DNA of 64,000 bases from the human T2T-CHM13v2.0 reference genome, Homo sapiens. The position numbers and the translations under genes were made by a program. Positions 1-12,600 of the stretch are shown here, piece by piece. Under the pieces are notes generated by a model. That model ran no database searches and was not told the origin of the DNA. It was given only the letters and a program-made list of their open reading frames with translations. Position 1 is the first letter of the stretch; the number at the start of each line of letters is the position of its first letter. The DNA is taken from NCBI RefSeq assembly GCF_009914755.1, contig NC_060943.1; one strand, 5' to 3'.

Positions 1-1192
1 GAAGAATTCTCAGAAACTTCCTTGTGTTGTGTGTTTTCAACTCACAGAGTTCAACGATCCATTACACAGAGCATACTTGAAACACTCTTCTTGTGGAATT
101 TGCAAGTGGAGATTTCAGCCGCTTTGAGGTCAATGGTAGAATAGGAAATATCTTCCTATAGAAACTAGACAGAATGATTCTCAGAAACTCCTTTGTGATG
201 TGTGCGTTCAACTCACAGAGTTTAACCTTTCTTTTCATAGAGCAGTTAGGAAACACTCTGTTTGTGAAGTCTGCAAGTGGATATTCAGACCTCTTTGAGG
301 CCTTTGTTGGAAACGGGATTTCTTCATATTCTGCTAGACAGAAGAATTCTCAGAAACTTCCTGGTGTTGTGTGTTTTCAACTCACAGAGTTCAACGATCC
401 TTTACACAGAGTAGACTTGAAACACTCTTTTTGTTGAATTGGCAAGTGGAGATTTCAGCCGCTTTGAGGTCAATGGTAGAAAAGGAAATATCTTCGTATA
501 AAAACTAGACAGAGTGATTCTCAGAAAGTCCTTTGTGATGTCTGCGTTCAACTCACAGAGTTTAACCTTTCTTTTCATAGAGCAGTTAGGAAACACTCTG
601 TTTGTAAAGTCTGCAAGTGGATATTCAGACCTCCTTGAGGCCTTCGTTGGAAACCGGATTTCTTCATATTTTGCTATACAGAAGAATTCTCAGAAACTTC
701 CTTGTGTTGTGTGTATTCAACTCACAGAGTTGAACGATAGTTTACACAGAGCAGACTTGAAACACTCTTTTTGTGGAATTTGCAAGTGGAGATTTCAGCC
801 GCTTTGAGGTCAATGTTAGAAAAGGAAATATCTCGTATAAAAACTAGACAGAATAATTCTCAGAAACTCCTTTGTGATGTGTGCGTTCAACTCACAGAGT
901 TTAACCTTTCTTTTCATAGAGTAGTTAGGAAACACTCTGTTTGTAAAGTCTGCAAGTGGATATTCAGACCTCCTTGAGGCCTTCGTTGGAAACGGGATTT
1001 CTTCATATTATGCTAGACAGAAGAATTCTCAGTAACTTCCTTGTGTTGTGTGTATTCAACTCACAGAGTTGAACGATCCTTTACACAGAGCATCCTTGAA
1101 ACACTCTTGTTGTGGAATTTGCAAGTGGAGATTTCAGCCGCTTTGAGGTCAATGGTAGAATAGGAAATATCTTCCTATAGAAACTAGACAGA

Positions 1193-4100
1193 ATGATTCT
1201 CAGAAACTCCTTTGTGATGTGTGCGTTCAACTCACAGAGTTTAACCTTTCTTTTCATAGAGCAGTTAGGAAACACTCTGTAAAGTCTGCAAGTGGATATT
1301 CAGACCTCCTTGAGGCCTTCTTTGGAAACCGGATTTCTTCATATTCTGCTATACAGAAGAATTCTCAGAAACTTCCTTGTGTTGTGTGTTTTCAACTCAC
1401 AGAGTTCAACGATCCTTTACACAGAGCAGACTTGAAACACTCTTTTTGTGGAATTTGCAAGTGGAGAATTCAGCCGCTTTGAGGTCAATGGTAGAATAGG
1501 AAATATCTTCCTATAGAAACTAGACAGAATGATTCTCAGAAACTCCTTTGTGATGTGTGCGTTCAACTCACAGAGTTTAACCTTTCTTTTCATAGAGCAG
1601 TTAGGAAACACTCTGTTTGTAAAGTCTGCAAGTGGATATTCAGACCTCCTTGAGGCCTTCGTTGGAAACGGGATTTCTTCATATTATGCTAGACAGAAGA
1701 ATTCTCAGTAACTTCCTTGTGTTGTGTGTATTCAACTCACAGAGTTGAACGATCCTTTACACAGAGCAGACTTGAAACACTCTTTTTGTGGAATTTGCAA
1801 GTGGAGATTTCAGCCGCTTTGAGGTCAATGGTAGAATAGGAAATATCTTCCTATAGAAACGAGACAGAATGATTCTCAGAAACTCCTTTGTGATGTGTGC
1901 GTTCAACTCACAGAGTTTAACCTTTCTTTTCATAGAGCAGTTAGGAAACACTCTGTTTGTAAAGTCTGCAAGTGGATATTCAGACCTCTTTGAGGCCTTC
2001 GTTGGAAACGGGATTTCTTCATATTATGCTAGACAGAAGAATTCTCAGTAACTTCCTTGTGTTGTGTGAATTCAACTCACAGAGTTGAACGATCCTTTAC
2101 ACAGAGCAGACTTGAAACACTCTTTTTGTGGAATTTGCAAGTGGAGATTTCAGCCGCTTTGTTGTCAATAGTAGAATAGGAAATATCTTCCTATAGAAAC
2201 TATACAGAATGATTGTCAGAAACTCCTTTGTGATGTGTGCGTTCAACTCACAGAATTTAACCTTTCTTTTCATAGAGAAGTTAGGAGACACTGGGTTGGT
2301 AAAGTCTAAAAGTGGATATTCAGACATCTTTGAGGGTTTCGTTGGAAAAGGGATTTATTCATATTCTGCTAGACAGAAGATTTCTCAGAAATTTCCTTGT
2401 GTTGTGTGTATTCAACTCACAGAGTTGAACGATCCTTTACTCAGAGAAGACTTGAAACACTCCTTCTGTGGAATTTGCAAGTTGAGATTTCAGCCGCTTT
2501 GAGGTCAATGGTAGAATAGGAAATATCTTCCTATAGAAACTAGACAGAATGATTCTCAGAAACTCCTTTGTGCTGTGTGCGTTCAACTCACAGAGTTTAA
2601 CCTTTCTTTTCATAGAGCAATTAGGAAACTCTCTGTTTGTAAAGTCTGCAAGTGGATATTCAGACATCTTTGAGGCTTTCGTTGGAAACGGGATTTCTTC
2701 ATATTCTGCTAGACAGAAGAATTCTCAGAAATTTCCTTTTGTTGTGTGTTTTCAACTCACAGAGTTGAACGAACCTTTACACAGAGTAGACTTGAAACAC
2801 TCTTTTTGTGGAATTGGCAAGTGGAGATTTCAGCCGCTTTGAGGTCAATGGTAGAAAAGGAAATATCTTCGTATAAAAACTAGACAGAGTGATTCTCAGA
2901 AACTCCTTTGTGATGTCTGCGTTCAACTCACAGAGTTGAACCTTTCTTTTCATAGAGCAGTTAGGAAACACTCTGTTTGTAAAGTCTGCAAGTGGATATT
3001 CAGACATCTTTGAGGCCTTCGTTGGAAACGGGATTTCTTCATATAATGCTAGAGAGAAGAATTCTCAGTAACTTCCTTGTGTTGTGTGTATTCAACTCAC
3101 AGAGTTGAACGATCCTTTACACAGAGCATACTTGAAACACTCTTGTTGTGGAATTTGCAAGTGGAGATTTCAGCCGCTTTGAGGTCAATGGTAGAATAGG
3201 AAATATCTTCCTATAGAAACTAGACAGAATGATTCTCAGAAACTCCTTTGTGATGTGTGCGTTCAACTCACAGAGTTTAACCTTTCTTTTCATAGAGCAG
3301 TTAGGAAACACTCTGTAAAGTCTGCAAGTGGATATTCAGACCTCCTTGAGGCCTTCTTTGGAAACCGGATTTCTTCATATTCTGCTATACAGAAGAATTC
3401 TCAGAATCTTCCTTGTGTTGTGTGTTTTCAACTCACAGAGTTCAACGATCCTTTACACAGAGCAGACTTGAAACACTCTTTTTGTGGAATTTGTAAGTGG
3501 AGAATTCAGCCGCTTTGAGGTCAATGGTAGAATAGGAAATATCTTCCTATAGAAACTAGACAGAATGATTCTCAGAAACTCCTTTGTGATGTGTGCGTTC
3601 AACTCACAGAGTTTAACCTTTCTTTTCATAGAGCAGTTAGGAAACACTCTGTTTGTAAAGTCTGCAAGTGGATATTCAGACCTCCTTGAGGCCTTCGTTG
3701 GAAACGGGATTTCTTCATATTATGCTAGACAGAAGAATTCTCAGTAACTTCCATGTGTTGTGTGTATTCAACTCACAGAGTTGAACGATCCTTTACACAG
3801 AGCAGACTTGAAACACTCTTTTTGTGGAATTTGCAAGTGGAGATTTCAGCCGCTTTGAGGTCAATGGTAGAATAGGAAATATCTTCCTATAGAAACTAGA
3901 CAGAATGATTCTCAGAAACTCCTTTGTGATGTGTGCGTTCAACTCACAGAGTTTAACCTTTCTTTTCATAGAGCAGTTAGGAAACACTCTGTTTGTAAAG
4001 TCTGCAAGTGGATATTCAGACCTCTTTGAGGCCTTCGTTGGAAACGGGATTTCTTCATATTATGCTAGACAGAAGAATTCTCAGTAACTTCCTTGTGTTG

Positions 4101-6620
4101 TGTGAATTCAACTCACAGAGTTGAACGATCCTTTACACAGAGCAGACTTGAAACACTCTTTTTGTGGAATTTGCAAGTGGAGATTTCAGCCGCTTTGTTG
4201 TCAATAGTAGAATAGGAAATATCTTCCTATAGAAACTATACAGAATGATTGTCAGAAACTCCTTTGTGATGTGTGCGTTCAACTCACAGAATTTAACCTT
4301 TCTTTTCATAGAGAAGTTAGGAGACACTGGGTTGGTAAAGTCTAAAAGTGGATATTCAGACATCTTTGAGGCTTTCGTTGGAAACGGGATTTCTTCATAT
4401 TCTGCTAGACAGAAGAATTCTCAGAAATTTCCTTTTGTTGTGTGTTTTCAACTCACAGAGTTGAACGAACCTTTACACAGAGTAGACTTGAAACACTCTT
4501 TTTGTGGAATTGGCAAGTGGAGATTTCAGCCGCTTTGAGGTCAATGGTAGAAAAGGAAATATCTTCGTATAAAAACTAGACAGAGTGATTCTCAGAAACT
4601 CCTTTGTGATGTCTGCGTTCAACTCACAGAGTTGAACCTTTCTTTTCATAGAGCAGTTAGGAAACACTCTGTTTGTAAAGTCTGCAAGTGGATATTCAGA
4701 CATCTTTGAGGCCTTCGTTGGAAACGGGATTTCTTCATATAATGCTAGAGAGAAGAATTCTCAGTAACTTCCTTGTGTTGTGTGTATTCAACTCACAGAG
4801 TTGAACGATCCTTTACACAGAGCATACTTGAAACACTCTTGTTGTGGAATTTGCAAGTGGAGATTTCAGCCGCTTTGAGGTCAATGGTAGAATAGGAAAT
4901 ATCTTCCTATAGAAACTAGACAGAATGATTCTCAGAAACTCCTTTGTGATGTGTGCGTTCAACTCACAGAGTTTAACCTTTCTTTTCATAGAGCAGTTAG
5001 GAAACACTCTGTAAAGTCTGCAAGTGGATATTCAGACCTCCTTGAGGCCTTCTTTGGAAACCGGATTTCTTCATATTCTGCTATACAGAAGAATTCTCAG
5101 AATCTTCCTTGTGTTGTGTGTTTTCAACTCACAGAGTTCAACGATCCTTTACACAGAGCAGACTTGAAACACTCTTTTTGTGGAATTTGTAAGTGGAGAA
5201 TTCAGCCGCTTTGAGGTCAATGGTAGAATAGGAAATATCTTCCTATAGAAACTAGACAGAATGATTCTCAGAAACTCCTTTGTGATGTGTGCGTTCAACT
5301 CACAGAGTTTAACCTTTCTTTTCATAGAGCAGTTAGGAAACACTCTGTTTGTAAAGTCTGCAAGTGGATATTCAGACCTCCTTGAGGCCTTCGTTGGAAA
5401 CGGGATTTCTTCATATTATGCTAGACAGAAGAATTCTCAGTAACTTCCATGTGTTGTGTGTATTCAACTCACAGAGTTGAACGATCCTTTACACAGAGCA
5501 GACTTGAAACACTCTTTTTGTGGAATTTGCAAGTGGAGATTTCAGCCGCTTTGTTGTCAATAGTAGAATAGGAAATATCTTCCTATAGAAACTATACAGA
5601 ATGATTGTCAGAAACTCCTTTGTGATGTGTGCGTTCAACTCACAGAATTTAACCTTTCTTTTCATAGAGAAGTTAGGAGACACTGGGTTGGTAAAGTCTA
5701 AAAGTGGATATTCAGACATCTTTGAGGCTTTCGTTGGAAACGGGATTTATTCATATTCTGCGAGACAGAAGATTTCTCAGAAATTTCCTTGTGTTGTGTG
5801 TATTCAACTCACAGAGTTGAACGATCCTTTACTCAGAGAAGACTTGAAACACTCCTTCTGTGGAATTTGCAAGTTGAGATTTCAGCCGCTTTGAGGTCAA
5901 TGGTAGAATAGGAAATATCTTCCTATAGAAACTAGACAGAATGATTCTCAGAAACTCCTTTGTGCTGTGTGCGTTCAACTCACAGAGTTTAACCTTTCTT
6001 TTCATAGAGCAATTAGGAAACTCTCTGTTTGTAAAGTCTGCAAGTGGATATTCAGACATCTTTGAGGCTTTCGTTGGAAACGGGATTTCTTCATATTCTG
6101 CTAGACAGAAGAATTCTCAGAAATTTCCTTTTGTTGTGTGTTTTCAACTCACAGAGTTGAACGAACCTTTACACAGAGTAGACTTGAAACACTCTTTTTG
6201 TGGAATTGGCAAGTGGAGATTTCAGCCGCTTTGAGGTCAATGGTAGAAAAGGAAATATCTTCGTATAAAAACTAGAGAGAGTGATTCTCAGAAACTCCTT
6301 TGTGATGTCTGCGTTCAACTCACAGTGTTGAACCTTTCTTTTCATAGAGCAGTTAGGAAACACTCTGTTTGTAAAGTCTGCAAGTGGATATTCAGACATC
6401 TTTGAGGCCTTCGTTGGAAACGGGATTTCTTCATATTATGCTAAACAGAAGAATTCTCAGTAACTTCCTTGTGTTGTGTGTATTCAACTCACAGAGTTGA
6501 ACGATCCTTTACACAGAGCAGACTTGAAACACTCTTTTTGTGGAATTTGCAAGTGGAGATTTCAGCCGCTTTGAGGTCAATGGTAGAAAAGGAAATATCT
6601 TCGTATAAAAACTAGACAGA
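1193..6620 (+). repeat. Three related variant HOR units marked by a 4-bp deletion (one 12-mer of 2,036 bp, two different 10-mers of 1,696 bp)
   Basis: cactctgtaaagtc (normally cactctgtttgtaaagtc) occurs at about 1280, 3316 and 5012. Each is followed by the box CTTCTTTGGAAACCGGA and an extra GAATTC in gtggagaattcagcc. Confidence 0.88.
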
Positions 6621-9600
6621 ATGATTCTCAGAAACTCCTTTGTGATGTGTGCGTTCAACTCACAGAGTTTAACCTTTCTTTTCATAGAGCAGTTAGGAAA
6701 CACTCTGTTTGTAAAGTCTGCAAGTGGATATTCAGACCTCCTTGAGGCCTTCGTTGGAAACGGGATTTCTTCATATTATGCTAGACAGAAGAATTCTCAG
6801 CAACTTCCTTGTGTTGTGTGTATTCAACTCACAGAGTTGAACGATCCTTTACACAGAGCATACTTGAAACACTCTTGTTGTGGAATTTGCAAGTGGAGAT
6901 TTCAGCCGCTTTGAGGTCAATGGTAGAATAGGAAATATCTTCCTATAGAAACTAGACAGAATGATTCTCAGAAACTCCTTTGTGATGTGTGCGTTCAACT
7001 CACAGAGTTTAACCTTTCTTTTCATAGAGCAGTTAGGAAACACTCTGGTTGTAAAGTCTGCAAGTGGATATTCAGACCTCGTTGAGGCCTTCGTTGGAAA
7101 CGGGATTTCTTCATATTATGCTAGACAGAAGAATTCTCAGTAACTTCCTTGTGTTGTGTGTATTCAACTCACAGAGTTGAACGATCCTTTACACAGAGCA
7201 TACTTGAAACACTCTTCTTGTGGAATTTGCAAGTGGAGGTTTCAGCCGCTTTGAGGTCAATGGTAGAATAGGAAATATCTTCCTATAGAAACTAGACAGA
7301 ATGATTCTCAGAAACTCCTTTGTGATGTGTGCGTTCAACTCACAGAGTTTAACCTTTCTTTTCATAGAGCAGTTAGGAAACACTCTGTTTGTAAAGTCTG
7401 CAAGTGGATATTCAGACCTCTTTGAGGCCTTTGTTGGAAACGGGATTTCTTCATATTCTGCTAGACAGAAGAATTCTCAGAAACTTCCTGGTGTTGTGTG
7501 TTTTCAACTCACAGAGTTCAACGATCCTTTACACAGAGTAGACTTGAAACACTCTTTTTGTTGAATTGGCAAGTGGAGATTTCAGCCGCTTTGAGGTCAA
7601 TGGTAGAAAAGGAAATATCTTCGTATAAAAACTAGACAGAGTGATTCTCAGAAACTCCTTTGTGATGTCTGCGTTCAACTCACAGAGTTTAAACTTTCTT
7701 TTCATAGAGCAGTTAGGAAACACTCTGTTTGTAAAGTCTGCAAGTGGATATTCAGACCTCCTTGAGGCCTTCGTTGGAAACCGGATTTCTTCATATTATG
7801 CTAGACAGAAGAATTCTCAGTAACTTCCTTGTGTTGTGTGAATTCAACTCACAGAGTTGAACGATCCTTTACACAGAGCAGACTTGAAACACTCTTTTTG
7901 TGGAATTTGCAAGTGGAGATTTCAGCCGCTTTGTTGTCAATAGTAGAATAGGAAATATCTTCCTATAGAAACTATACAGAATGATTGTCAGAAACTCCTT
8001 TGTGATGTGTGCGTTCAACTCACAGAATTTAACCTTTCTTTTCATAGAGAAGTTAGGAGACACTGGGTTGGTAAAGTCTAAAAGTGGATATTCAGACATC
8101 TTTGAGGCTTTCGTTGGAAACGGGATTTATTCATATTCTGCTAGACAGAAGATTTCTCAGAAATTTCCTTGTGTTGTGTGTATTCAACTCACAGAGTTGA
8201 ACGATCTTTTACTCAGAGAAGACTGGAAACACTCCTTCTGTGGAATTTGCAAGTTGAGATTTCAGCCGCTTTGAGGTCAATGGTAGAAAAGGAAATATCT
8301 TCCTATAGAAACTAGACAGAATGATTCTCAGAAACTCCTTTGTGCTGTGTGCGTTCAACTCACAGAGTTTAACCTTTCTTTTCATAGAGCAATTAGGAAA
8401 CTCTCTGTTTGTAAAGTCTGCAAGTGGATATTCAGACATCTTTGAGGCTTTCGTTGGAAACGGGATTTCTTCATATTCTGCTAGACAGAAGAATTCTCAG
8501 AAATTTCCTTTTGTTGTGTGTTTTCAACTCACAGAGTTGAACGAAACTTTACACAGAGTAGACTTGAAACACTCTTTTTGTGGAATTGGCAAGTGGAGAT
8601 TTCAGCCGCTTTGAGGTCAATGGTAGAAAAGGAAATATCTTCGTATAAAAACTAGAAAGAGTGATTCTCAGAAACTCCTTTGTGATGTCTGCGTTCAACT
8701 CACAGAGTTGAACCTTTCTTTTCATAGAGCAGTTAGGAAACACTCTGTTTGTAAAGTCTGCAAGTGGATATTCAGACATCTTTGAGGCCTTCGTTGGAAA
8801 CGGGATTTCTTCATATTATGCTAAACAGAAGAATTCTCAGTAACTTCCTTGTGTTGTGTGTATTCAACTCACAGAGTTGAACGATCCTTTACACAGAGCA
8901 GACTTGAAACACTCTTTTTGTGGAATTTGCAAGTGGAGATTTCAGCCGCTTTGAGGTCAATGGTAGAATAGGAAATATCTTCCTATAGAAACTAGACAGA
9001 ATGATTCTCAGAAACTCCTTTGTGATGTGTGCGTTCAACTCACAGAGTTTAACCTTTCTTTTCATAGAGCAGTTAGGAAACACTCTGTTTGTAAAGTCTG
9101 CAAGTGGATATTCAGACCTCTTTGAGGCCTTCGTTGGAAACGGGATTTCTTCATATTATGCTAGACAGAAGAATTCTCAGTAACTTCCTTGTGTTGTGTG
9201 AATTCAACTCACAGAGTTGAACGATCCTTTACACAGAGCAGACTTGAAACACTCTTTTTGTGGAATTTGCAAGTGGAGATTTCAGCCGCTTTGTTGTCAA
9301 TAGTAGAATAGGAAATATCTTCCTATAGAAACTATACAGAATGATTGTCAGAAACTCCTTTGTGATGTGTGCGTTCAACTCACAGAATTTAACCTTTCTT
9401 TTCATAGAGAAGTTAGGAGACACTGGGTTGGTAAAGTCTAAAAGTGGATATTCAGACATCTTTGAGGCTTTCGTTGGAAACGGGATTTATTCATATTCTG
9501 CGAGACAGAAGATTTCTCAGAAATTTCCTTGTGTTGTGTGTATTCAACTCACAGAGTTGAACGATCCTTTACTCAGAGAAGACTTGAAACACTCCTTCTG

Positions 9601-12600
9601 TGGAATTTGCAAGTTGAGATTTCAGCCGCTTTGAGGTCAATGGTAGAATAGGAAATATCTTCCTATAGAAACTAGACAGAATGATTCTCAGAAACTCCTT
9701 TGTGCTGTGTGCGTTCAACTCACAGAGTTTAACCTTTCTTTTCATAGAGCAATTAGGAAACTCTCTGTTTGTAAAGTCTGCAAGTGGATATTCAGACATC
9801 TTTGAGGCTTTCGTTGGAAACGGGATTTCTTCATATTCTGCTAGACAGAAGAATTCTCAGAAATTTCCTTTTGTTGTGTGTTTTCAACTCACAGAGTTGA
9901 ACGAACCTTTACACAGAGTAGACTTGAAACACTCTTTTTGTGGAATTGGCAAGTGGAGATTTCAGCCGCTTTGAGGTCAATGGTAGAAAAGGAAATATCT
10001 TCGTATAAAAACTAGAGAGAGTGATTCTCAGAAACTCCTTTGTGATGTCTGCGTTCAACTCACAGTGTTGAACCTTTCTTTTCATAGAGCAGTTAGGAAA
10101 CACTCTGTTTGTAAAGTCTGCAAGTGGATATTCAGACATCTTTGAGGCCTTCGTTGGAAACGGGATTTCTTCATATTATGCTAAACAGAAGAATTCTCAG
10201 TAACTTCCTTGTGTTGTGTGTATTCAACTCACAGAGTTGAACGATCCTTTACACAGAGCAGAGTTGAAACACTCTTTTTGTGGAATTTGCAAGTGGAGAT
10301 TTCAGCCGCTTTGAGGTCAATGGTAGAAAAGGAAATATCTTCGTATAAAAACTAGACAGAATGATTCTCAGAAACTCCTTTGTGATGTGTGCGTTCAACT
10401 CACAGAGTTTAACCTTTCTTTTCATAGAGCAGTTAGGAAACACTCTGTTTGTAAAGTCTGCAAGTGGATATTCAGACCTCCTTGAGGCCTTCGTTGGAAA
10501 CGGGATTTCTTCATATTATGCTAGACAGAAGAATTCTCAGCAACTTCCTTGTGTTGTGTGTATTCAACTCACAGAGTTGAACGATCCTTTACACAGAGCA
10601 TACTTGAAACACTCTTGTTGTGGAATTTGCAAGTGGAGATTTCAGCCGCTTTGAGGTCAATGGTAGAATAGGAAATATCTTCCTATAGAAACTAGACAGA
10701 ATGATTCTCAGAAACTCCTTTGTGATGTGTGCGTTCAACTCACAGAGTTTAACCTTTCTTTTCATAGAGCAGTTAGGAAACACTCTGGTTGTAAAGTCTG
10801 CAAGTGGATATTCAGACCTCGTTGAGGCCTTCGTTGGAAACGGGATTTCTTCATATTATGCTAGACAGAAGAATTCTCAGTAACTTCCTTGTGTTGTGTG
10901 TATTCAACTCACAGAGTTGAACGATCCTTTACACAGAGCATACTTGAAACACTCTTCTTGTGGAATTTGCAAGTGGAGGTTTCAGCCGCTTTGAGGTCAA
11001 TGGTAGAATAGGAAATATCTTCCTATAGAAACTAGACAGAATGATTCTCAGAAACTCCTTTGTGATGTGTGCGTTCAACTCACAGAGTTTAACCTTTCTT
11101 TTCATAGAGCAGTTAGGAAACACTCTGTTTGTAAAGTCTGCAAGTGGATATTCAGACCTCTTTGAGGCCTTTGTTGGAAACGGGATTTCTTCATATTCTG
11201 CTAGACAGAAGAATTCTCAGAAACTTCCTGGTGTTGTGTGTTTTCAACTCACAGAGTTCAACGATCCTTTACACAGAGTAGACTTGAAACACTCTTTTTG
11301 TTGAATTGGCAAGTGGAGATTTCAGCCGCTTTGAGGTCAATGGTAGAAAAGGAAATATCTTCGTATAAAAACTAGACAGAGTGATTCTCAGAAACTCCTT
11401 TGTGATGTCTGCGTTCAACTCACAGAGTTTAAACTTTCTTTTCATAGAGCAGTTAGGAAACACTCTGTTTGTAAAGTCTGCAAGTGGATATTCAGACCTC
11501 CTTGAGGCCTTCGTTGGAAACCGGATTTCTTCATATTATGCTAGACAGAAGAATTCTCAGTAACTTCCTTGTGTTGTGTGAATTCAACTCACAGAGTTGA
11601 ACGATCCTTTACACAGAGCAGACTTGAAACACTCTTTTTGTGGAATTTGCAAGTGGAGATTTCAGCCGCTTTGTTGTCAATAGTAGAATAGGAAATATCT
11701 TCCTATAGAAACTATACAGAATGATTGTCAGAAACTCCTTTGTGATGTGTGCGTTCAACTCACAGAATTTAACCTTTCTTTTCATAGAGAAGTTAGGAGA
11801 CACTGGGTTGGTAAAGTCTAAAAGTGGATATTCAGACATCTTTGAGGCTTTCGTTGGAAACGGGATTTATTCATATTCTGCTAGACAGAAGATTTCTCAG
11901 AAATTTCCTTGTGTTGTGTGTATTCAACTCACAGAGTTGAACGATCTTTTACTCAGAGAAGACTGGAAACACTCCTTCTGTGGAATTTGCAAGTTGAGAT
12001 TTCAGCCGCTTTGAGGTCAATGGTAGAAAAGGAAATATCTTCCTATAGAAACTAGACAGAATGATTCTCAGAAACTCCTTTGTGCTGTGTGCGTTCAACT
12101 CACAGAGTTTAACCTTTCTTTTCATAGAGCAATTAGGAAACTCTCTGTTTGTAAAGTCTGCAAGTGGATATTCAGACATCTTTGAGGCTTTCGTTGGAAA
12201 CGGGATTTCTTCATATTCTGCTAGACAGAAGAATTCTCAGAAATTTCCTTTTGTTGTGTGTTTTCAACTCACAGAGTTGAACGAAACTTTACACAGAGTA
12301 GACTTGAAACACTCTTTTTGTGGAATTGGCAAGTGGAGATTTCAGCCGCTTTGAGGTCAATGGTAGAAAAGGAAATATCTTCGTATAAAAACTAGAAAGA
12401 GTGATTCTCAGAAACTCCTTTGTGATGTCTGCGTTCAACTCACAGAGTTGAACCTTTCTTTTCATAGAGCAGTTAGGAAACACTCTGTTTGTAAAGTCTG
12501 CAAGTGGATATTCAGACATCTTTGAGGCCTTCGTTGGAAACGGGATTTCTTCATATTATGCTAAACAGAAGAATTCTCAGTAACTTCCTTGTGTTGTGTG

